DNA from: an uncultured bacterium
Lineage (GTDB): Bacteria; Krumholzibacteriota; Krumholzibacteriia; LZORAL124-64-63
DNA length: 64,000 nucleotides
Direction: 5' to 3'
Assembly (NCBI GenBank): GCA_963727525.1
Contig: CAVSGO010000005.1
Coordinates: 672,001-736,000, forward strand
Shown here: one piece after another, positions 58,101 to 64,000 of the stretch
How positions within the stretch are numbered: position 1 is the stretch's first letter
Layout of the letters: every line of letters begins with the position of its first letter
The notes under the pieces: generated by a model
Databases searched by the model: none
The model's input: only the letters and a program-made list of their open reading frames with translations
Told to the model about the DNA's origin: nothing
Translations under genes and position numbers: made by a program

Positions 58101-59251
58101 GGGGCGTGGACGGCCGTATCACCTCCGAGGACATTCCGCTCGCCAACTTCGACTCCTTGCTGCCGGCCAGCACCAGCCTGGGCGGCACCTGCCGCATGGA
58201 GCTGTCGGCTACCGGACCGACCAACGCCGCGGAGCTCGATGGCCGTCTCACGCTGAACGGCGCGCGCATCGCCCTCGCCGACGGCAACCGGGTGACAGGC
58301 AGCGGCAAGCTCGACCTCGGCGGCACCACCGCGGATCCGCACATCCGCGGCGACATCACCATCACGCAGGGTGTGATCCGTATCCCCGAAGCCCAGCGCG
58401 ACCTGCTGCCGGCCAGCGGCACGTCGATGCTCTGGGAAATACAGGACTCCAGCGCCGTCGACACCACCGGCACCGACTCCTCCGGCGTGGCCATGCCGGC
58501 GCGCCCGCGTCCGCCGGCCGACGTCGCCACGTTACCGGGCGGCGTGGACGTGACGGTGCGGATCCCCTCGGGGCTGCTTCTGCGCGGCCGTGGCCTCGAG
58601 GTGGAACTGGCGGGGCAACTCCACGTACAGCGCCAGGAGGGTATGCCCACGGTGGTGGGCCAGCTCGAGACGGTACGCGGTTCGCTGCGCTATCTTGGCC
58701 GGATATTCAAGGTGGACCGCGGTATCGTGGGCTTCTACGGCGACGACACCCTGGATCCCACCCTGGACATCAGCCTGAGCACCACCGTCGGGTCGTACCA
58801 GATCACGATCCAGTTCACCGGTACGGCGCTCAAACCGCGGCTCGCGCTGTCGTCGACACCGTCGCTCGAGCAGGGCGACATCATCGCCGTGCTCGTCTTC
58901 GGCGAGCCCCTCGACCAGCTCGACACCGACCAGATGAATCTCGTGCGACGGCGCACCACCGATCTGCTCGCGATCTATGGCAGCAGCCTGCTCGACAGCT
59001 CGGTGGGCCAGCAGCTCGGCGTGGACATGATCACCGTCGCCGAGGGACGAAATGAGAACGAGGGCAGCGCGCTCGTCGTGGCCAAGTACCTTAGTCCGAA
59101 GGTCCTGCTGAAGTACGAGCAGGCGCTGAGCGACTGGACCATGTTCTTCATCACGCTGGAGTACCGTTTCTTCGGCGACTTCAACCTGCAAACGATCGTC
59201 GGACGCAACGGCGAGTCGGGCGCGGAGCTGAACTGGTCCCATGACTACTGA
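55199..59251 (+). CDS. tamB: TamB-like translocation/assembly module protein
   Basis: N-terminal TM anchor, long beta-rich body, DUF490-type C-terminus (RGRGLEVELAG, DPTLDI, LSSTPSL.QGDI, KYLSPK); follows tamA. Confidence 0.85.
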   Translation: MSRSRLRRILVILGRILAAVVGIVVLVLLLLLLPPVRGRVLEFALPRVTGALPGEVTVGSARWPGPGHIELADVLWTADGDTLLSLARTDVDVALRPLLSGDLHLHTLDLGELRADWPALQAHILQAADSTASVGSGSGFPRVGAIAAVPSVAIDRLAITAPSLRVTASMPPLAARLRGNLDVLAGHDPAVTIDTLRVLATPTPQWPLVLHASTPQPGQVHLAVARRDAAAPVERDPGLDVVVTLQGDPAVPVHLGVRADVRTPNLGERPGVRASLQGAVTLDRHAVVLDSLAIRSSDLDVWLRGRYAADETDTPLTATLAVDARGYRLAAGFAYSPGDTTLRSTPLVVLPAGADPRQAQGAERSGQVTRHGDGAIAARDLRVRGAAGDINLSGRYAPDGTSHLDLTTRWPAPPELLLALLPLEPAQRDTLRAVWPADTPTLQVQADATRRGERTQARAHARFVLPGPVTLGRAFGAKTPSHAGGPLRGTLDVDGAVGGGDPAVHAFLDLAGTPWLAEGKLAANWQPRGVTIDSARFTGDGLSLTARGGLRDESCDLRGNLHVVWPDAQTWLPDVGYDDTRADVTADLTVGGALHAPVVEATLHGNVAATDLALPELTGTLRYGDDGLAAHLRAPQGVGVGTVHLDSITVGATTAGRATMMPVDLSIDAVSADLAWSQRARLRTGDALTLRTDSLAVRAGKLALHATQPFTVAQAAGRRGVTIADLDLAGSGQVTVDGYVSRDSLDLAANLALDLPEEPSLIARPMLLWPRHLDARIDAQSWRDVQAQVTATGLELGRSEDLDARLAITGTPDSTHVTLRLGDDAQALAAGDARLPALSTLLNAGAEHASLPLQGRLTLTRCPLPRALLQLPPDPTAPDPTLAGSVAMTGTAAAPSLDADITLGFPDWPKLASFTARFLGRVRPAGTDSSGVTARLTLDGLQRHLLSAAFAWPGELSLAPVQWQPGDGGVDGRITSEDIPLANFDSLLPASTSLGGTCRMELSATGPTNAAELDGRLTLNGARIALADGNRVTGSGKLDLGGTTADPHIRGDITITQGVIRIPEAQRDLLPASGTSMLWEIQDSSAVDTTGTDSSGVAMPARPRPPADVATLPGGVDVTVRIPSGLLLRGRGLEVELAGQLHVQRQEGMPTVVGQLETVRGSLRYLGRIFKVDRGIVGFYGDDTLDPTLDISLSTTVGSYQITIQFTGTALKPRLALSSTPSLEQGDIIAVLVFGEPLDQLDTDQMNLVRRRTTDLLAIYGSSLLDSSVGQQLGVDMITVAEGRNENEGSALVVAKYLSPKVLLKYEQALSDWTMFFITLEYRFFGDFNLQTIVGRNGESGAELNWSHDY

Positions 59252-60107
59252 TCGCGCCACAGGAATGCTGACGGTGCTCGCGCTCGCCGCGTGCTGCCTG
59301 AGCTGTGCCTCGCCGTCGCTCCTGCCCTGGTCTGACGCGCAGCCCGAGATCGGACGCTATGCGCCGCCGCCGGCAGCCACCGCGCCTGACAGCATCACCG
59401 TCGTCTCCTACAACATCCAGTACGCCGAACACATCAGTCAGGCCATCGTCGATATCCGCGCCGATCGTCGGCTCGCGCTGGCCGACATCTACCTTCTGCA
59501 GGAGATGGATCCCGCCGGTACGGAGCGCATCGCCCGCGCGCTGGGCTGCGACTTCGTGTACTTTCCCGCGAGCGTGCAGCGGCACACCGGTCGCCTGTTC
59601 GGCAACGCCGTGCTGTCGCGCTGGCCGATCCGCGGGTCGCGCGTCATCATCCTACCGCACCCCTCGCCCGTCGACGGCACGCGGCGTATCGCCCTGGACG
59701 CCAGTATCACCCTCGGCGATCGCGTCCTCAACGCACTGTCGGTACACCAGGCCACCGTCGTCGTCTCCCAGCACGACCGCTTCGACCAGACCGAAATGGT
59801 GGCCGACTGCGTCAGTGGGCTGCCCGGTCCGGTGATCGTCGGCGGCGATTTCAACACGGTGACGCATTGGGAAGTGGTGGCGACACGGCGCCGCCTACGG
59901 CGCGCCGGTCTGCGGGAGGCGGCACTCCCGCCCGGCGCCACCAATCGCAAGGCCATCGCCCGGGTGCTGGGGCTTGAGAACGCTCTCGACCATATCTATG
60001 TGCGCGGTTTGGTACCCCTCGGCACCGGCGTGGCACGCGAAGCCTCGGCCAGCGACCACTGGCCGGTCTGGGCCACGGTCAGCGTGGCGGCGGCGGATTC
60101 TGGCTGA
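59241..60107 (+). CDS. Endonuclease/exonuclease/phosphatase (EEP) family protein, probable lipoprotein
   Basis: VSYNI, LQE, GNAVLSRWPI, GGDFN, LDHIY, SDH motifs; Cys-containing signal peptide. Confidence 0.9.
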   Translation: MTTDRATGMLTVLALAACCLSCASPSLLPWSDAQPEIGRYAPPPAATAPDSITVVSYNIQYAEHISQAIVDIRADRRLALADIYLLQEMDPAGTERIARALGCDFVYFPASVQRHTGRLFGNAVLSRWPIRGSRVIILPHPSPVDGTRRIALDASITLGDRVLNALSVHQATVVVSQHDRFDQTEMVADCVSGLPGPVIVGGDFNTVTHWEVVATRRRLRRAGLREAALPPGATNRKAIARVLGLENALDHIYVRGLVPLGTGVAREASASDHWPVWATVSVAAADSG

Positions 60108-60684
60108 GGTAGGTTTCGGTGTCCACGACCGTGGCGTACGCGTACGCCAGGGCCGCCAGTGACGCCGCTTGCACCTCGGCCGCAGGCACAGTACGGTTGC
60201 CCCAGGTGAGATCCCGCGTGGCGCAGGCGTCGCCCACCACCACGACCTCGAAGCCGAGATCGCTTGCCGCGCGCGCCGTCGCCTCCAGACACATGTGCGT
60301 CATCATACCGCAGAGCACCACGCGCGTGACGTCATGGGCGCGCAGCGTGGCCTCGAGATCGGTGTCGAGGAACGCGTTGGCATGGCGCTTGGTGATGACC
60401 GTCTCGCCGGGGAACGGCCGCACGTCGGCGCGGATCTCGCCCCCCTCCTTCGCCTCGTGCTTCACGTGGATGACGAGGCCGCCGTCCTGCCTGAAGCGCT
60501 CCAGCAAACGCGCCGCGTCGAGACTGGCCGCCTCCGGTTCGATCAGGGGCATGACCCCCCCGGGGAAGTAGAAGTCCTGGATGTCGATGAGGACGAGCGC
60601 GGTGGCACCGCGCGCGGGACTGGCCAGTCCGGCAGCGGCGACGAGAGCCACGACGAAAGCCATGACGGGTGCAAATGATCGCAT
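60079..60684 (-). CDS. Isochorismatase-family cysteine hydrolase with apparent signal peptide
   Basis: ALVLIDIQDFYF, ITKRHANAF, GMMTHMC (catalytic Cys), DACATRDL. Confidence 0.9.
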   Translation of the reverse strand: MRSFAPVMAFVVALVAAAGLASPARGATALVLIDIQDFYFPGGVMPLIEPEAASLDAARLLERFRQDGGLVIHVKHEAKEGGEIRADVRPFPGETVITKRHANAFLDTDLEATLRAHDVTRVVLCGMMTHMCLEATARAASDLGFEVVVVGDACATRDLTWGNRTVPAAEVQAASLAALAYAYATVVDTETYLSQNPPPPR

Positions 60685-60805
60685 GGGCAGCTCCCGGGCG
60701 CCCGCGGGCGCCGTGGATGAAGGTGCGGGTTTGTGGTGTCGCAGGTGTGCTGGGTCCATTATGCTCGAAACCAGCTTCGACACAATCAGCGATCGCGACG
60801 CCGTC

Positions 60806-62611
60806 ATGTCACGTCCGTCCATCAGCGCCACCCCCGTCGCCGGGGCGAGCCTCGTCCTTCTTCTGGCCTGCCTGCTGTGGTCCACCTGGCAGGGGCCCGA
60901 CATCTTCTTCCACCTCTACCTTGGCCACGAGGTGGTGCATACCGGTTCGCCGAATCCGCCCGACCATCTTCTCCTGCAACAACCTCTGTATCGCAACATC
61001 TACTGGCTCTTCCAGACGGTCGTATACGGCGCCTGGGCGCTCGGCGGCGTGTCGGCGGTGACGCTGCTCTTCGCGGCGCTGTGGTTCGCCGTGCTGGTGG
61101 TGTGGGCGCGCACGGTTCGCATCGGTCGGTATCCAGCGACCGGCATGCCGTTGCTGCTGGTGACCATCCTGGTAAGCCAGACTCGCTTCGACCCCCGACC
61201 GGAGACGGTGTCATACCTGCTGCTCGCGCTGCAGGTGAGCTGGCTGACGACCTGGCCGTGGGGCGCGCGCGGCAGCGCCGGACCTCGGCACGGGTCCCTC
61301 GGGCGCCTCGCCGCCCTGGCCGCGACCGAGGTGCTCTGGGTGAACATGCACGCCTACTTCGTGCTCGGTCCCGCCGTGGTCGGGGCGCGCCTGGTGGCGT
61401 CGTGGCTGGGACGCGAGGACCGCCGTGCCGTCCGCGAACTGGGTATGGCTCTCGCGGTGACGTTGGCGGCTTCGCTCCTATCGCCGTTCGGCCTGCAGGC
61501 CTGGCGGCTCGTGGGCACCTGGTGGGTGTTCCTGCATGCCATGGGCGGCAGCATCCGCGAGTTCGGACCGGCCGCCGGCGTCTTCCTGCAACTCTGGACG
61601 GTGGAGATCTTCTGGGCGCTCTGGGCCGTCACGGCGCTCGCCACCGCGATCGTGGTGGGACTGATGGCGATCTGGCGGCGTCGGCTCGGCCTGTTCGCAC
61701 CGATCCTCGCGGTCGCCGGTCTCTATCTGAGCGCGATCGGGGCCCGCAATCTGCCTCTGTTGCCCCTGCTGGCGGCGCCGCTGTGGCGGGAGGCGCTGGT
61801 GGCGGTACCGACGCGCCGCCGCCGCGCGTCACGCGCCCTCCTGGTGGGCACGGCCACCGTGGCCGTGGCCCTCGCGCTGTGGACGATGCAAGGCGGGCTG
61901 CATCGTTCGTTGCGCGCCGAGGGCACCTTCGGCACCCGTTTGCTGCCCCACGCCTACCCGCTGGGCGCGGTCGACTACCTGCAGCGCCACGGAGCGCGTG
62001 GCCGGCTCTTCAACAGCGCAGCCGACGGCGGCTACCTCGAGCTGACCTGCCCCGAACTGCAGGTGTACACCGACGCGCGCTACACCGAGGCCGCACCGGT
62101 CCTACAGTACTTCGCCGCGTTCATACATCCCGACGTGTTCCGCGAGATCGACGCGGCGCAGCACTTCGACGGCGCCCTGGTCAAGCTCGTCGACTCCGGC
62201 CCCCTGGTGATCGCGCTGCTGGGCGATCCGGGTTGGCGCCTCGCGTACGGCGACCTGCACCGCGTGCTCTTCGCCCGTCGCAACTCCGCGGCCGCCGCCG
62301 CGTGGCCGGACGAGCCGATCCGATTCGACGCGGGCGAGGATCTCTCCCGGCGCTACAACGGCATCGCGGCCATCCAGTGGACGGCCATCCTCGTGCAAAC
62401 ACACGATCGCGCGCGCCTGCTCGCGGCGCTCGCGGCCTGGGCCGACGCCACGGTCGTGCCGTCGACTGTGATCCAGTACGCGCTCCAGTATTCCTTGCAG
62501 GAACACGATGCCGACGTCTTCGCCGCCGCGCGCGCCCTGGCGCCACGCATGCTCGCCCTGCGCGCGGCCGACCGCCTCGCCGTGACACGCCTGCTCGGAC
62601 ACCATCCCTGA
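60806..62611 (+). CDS. Polytopic membrane protein, GT-C-like putative glycosyltransferase
   Basis: PDIFFHLYLG after TM1, RPE, LWVNMH..FVLG, SPFG, GGYL, YTDAR; many TM helices. Confidence 0.7.
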   Translation: MSRPSISATPVAGASLVLLLACLLWSTWQGPDIFFHLYLGHEVVHTGSPNPPDHLLLQQPLYRNIYWLFQTVVYGAWALGGVSAVTLLFAALWFAVLVVWARTVRIGRYPATGMPLLLVTILVSQTRFDPRPETVSYLLLALQVSWLTTWPWGARGSAGPRHGSLGRLAALAATEVLWVNMHAYFVLGPAVVGARLVASWLGREDRRAVRELGMALAVTLAASLLSPFGLQAWRLVGTWWVFLHAMGGSIREFGPAAGVFLQLWTVEIFWALWAVTALATAIVVGLMAIWRRRLGLFAPILAVAGLYLSAIGARNLPLLPLLAAPLWREALVAVPTRRRRASRALLVGTATVAVALALWTMQGGLHRSLRAEGTFGTRLLPHAYPLGAVDYLQRHGARGRLFNSAADGGYLELTCPELQVYTDARYTEAAPVLQYFAAFIHPDVFREIDAAQHFDGALVKLVDSGPLVIALLGDPGWRLAYGDLHRVLFARRNSAAAAAWPDEPIRFDAGEDLSRRYNGIAAIQWTAILVQTHDRARLLAALAAWADATVVPSTVIQYALQYSLQEHDADVFAAARALAPRMLALRAADRLAVTRLLGHHP

Positions 62612-62615
62612 GGGA

Positions 62616-62930
62616 TCAGGCTTCCCAGCGAAACCGGTCGAGAGGGACCCGGCCGGCACGATCGAAGACCACGCCTTCATCCATCAGCAGGAGACGTTGC
62701 AGACGCTGCGACGCGGGACGTCCGCGATCGCTGATCTCGCCGCGCGCGTTCACCACGCGATGCCAGGGGATGCCGCTATCGTCCGGCAGCTCGCGCAGCA
62801 CCCGCCCCACGAGGCGCGCCCGGCCAGGGAGGCCAGCGACCTCGGCAAGCTGCCCGTACGTGGCCACACGGCCCGCCGGGATCGACCCGATCGCATCGAC
62901 GATGCGGTCGGCGGCCGGTGACGCCTTCAT
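62616..62930 (-). CDS. Alkyltransferase-like protein (ATL/YbaZ-type, MGMT family)
   Basis: IPAGRVATYGQLA, ARLVG, IPWHRVVNARG (Trp in place of the active-site Cys), Q..LL..EGV.F. Confidence 0.9.
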   Translation of the reverse strand: MKASPAADRIVDAIGSIPAGRVATYGQLAEVAGLPGRARLVGRVLRELPDDSGIPWHRVVNARGEISDRGRPASQRLQRLLLMDEGVVFDRAGRVPLDRFRWEA

Positions 62931-64000
62931 CGCTTCTTCGGTCGGGTCTTGCCGCGCCCACGACCAGACGCGGCATCGGCCGGACGCGGCCGCACGGCCC
63001 CCTTCTCGCGCGGCGACGGCGGCGCGTCGGGATCGACCCGAGTGATCGCGAGGGGACGGTTATAGATCCGGGCCTTCTGCAGGATCTTCAACACGGCCGG
63101 TGGCATGCCCACCGGCAGATCCACGAGACTGTGGTCGTGCTCTATCTCGATACGGCCGATGTGGCGGCTCGCCAGGCCGGTCTCGCCCGCGATGGCGCCG
63201 ACGATGTGACCCGGGTTGATTCCATGCGTGCGCCCCAGCTCCACGCGATAGGTCTCCATGCCCGCCTCCGGTTCGCCGCGGCGGCGCGGGCCGCGTCCAC
63301 CGGCACCCGAGCCGCCCGCGCGCCGGCCCTCCCGCGCGGCATCCTCGGCCCAGTCGATGGGCGGGCGGTCGGCGATCAGGAGAGGCCGGTCACCCTGCAC
63401 GAGGCGCGCCAGGGCCGCAGCCACGTCGAGGGTCGGCACGCCGTGATCCACGCCGTACTGCTCCACGATCTCGCGAAAGAGATCGAGATCGCCGAGGGCG
63501 AGGGTGTCGGTGATCTTCTGCTTGAAAGTGGCCACGCGCCGGTCGTTGAGTCGCGCCGTCGACGGGAGCTCGAGCCGCTCCAGCGCCTGACGCGTGGTCT
63601 GCTCCAGCACGCGCAGGAATCCCTTCTCGCGCGGAGACACGAAGATCACGGCCTCGCCACTGCGCCCCGCGCGGCCGGTGCGGCCGATGCGGTGCACGTA
63701 CGCCTCGGCGTCGTTGGGGATGTCGTAGTTGATGACGTGGCTGATACGGTCGACATCGAGGCCGCGCGCCGCCACGTCGGTGGCCACCAGCAGGTTGAGC
63801 TTGCCCTGGCGCAGCCGATCGATCGTGCGTTCGCGCTGCTTCTGCGGGATGTCGCTGCTCAGCGGCGCCGCCGCGTAGCCACGGGCCTTCAGCTTCTCGG
63901 ACAGCTCGAGCGTGGACGTGCGGGTGCGCACGAAGATGATCACGCCGTCGTAGTCCTCAGCCTCGAGCAGATGGGTCATCGCCTCGAACTTGTGCGGTTC
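62927..64000 (-). CDS. deaD: DEAD-box RNA helicase DeaD/CsdA, 5' part outside the window
   Basis: IIFVRTR, VATDVAARGLDV, YVHRIGRTGRAGRSG; C-terminal DbpA-type RNA-binding domain (YRVELGRTHGINPGHIVGAIA). Confidence 0.92.
   Translation of the reverse strand, partial: EPHKFEAMTHLLEAEDYDGVIIFVRTRTSTLELSEKLKARGYAAAPLSSDIPQKQRERTIDRLRQGKLNLLVATDVAARGLDVDRISHVINYDIPNDAEAYVHRIGRTGRAGRSGEAVIFVSPREKGFLRVLEQTTRQALERLELPSTARLNDRRVATFKQKITDTLALGDLDLFREIVEQYGVDHGVPTLDVAAALARLVQGDRPLLIADRPPIDWAEDAAREGRRAGGSGAGGRGPRRRGEPEAGMETYRVELGRTHGINPGHIVGAIAGETGLASRHIGRIEIEHDHSLVDLPVGMPPAVLKILQKARIYNRPLAITRVDPDAPPSPREKGAVRPRPADAASGRGRGKTRPKKR

Overview
This high-GC bacterial window is mostly housekeeping and envelope genes. 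Two secreted beta-helix proteins with C-terminal FlgD-Ig-like domains suggest an FCB-group lineage such as Krumholzibacteria/Latescibacterota (inference). The left end holds a complete-looking IS1-like insertion sequence (20-bp terminal inverted repeats) placed just after a GAF/HD-GYP phosphodiesterase gene. A long minus-strand run follows: ychF, a GT-C/TPR protein, an ECF sigma/anti-sigma cluster with two Spy/CpxP-like genes, a TPR lipoprotein, then rho-rpmE-DUF1385-prfA-prmC-DUF1579-murA-selB-ispG. The rest includes ogt, glgP, rocD, secreted proteins, an M28 peptidase, ndh, a MATE transporter, a tricorn protease, speB, a tetraheme cytochrome c, dacA, a GDPD, mscL, tamA-tamB-EEP, an ATL protein and a truncated deaD. 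selB, the TPR lipoprotein and one Spy-like gene are frameshifted, probably through assembly errors, so the apparent SelB-IspG fusion is an artefact. No CRISPR array, rRNA or tRNA was seen. The best novelty candidate is a ~300-nt, apparently non-coding and highly structured minus-strand element (26670-26965). It follows a near-consensus sigma70 promoter overlapped by an inverted repeat, carries three CCGCAAGG tetraloop hairpins and 11 GGA motifs, and lies upstream of a winged-helix regulator. I could not match it by eye to any RNA family I know.
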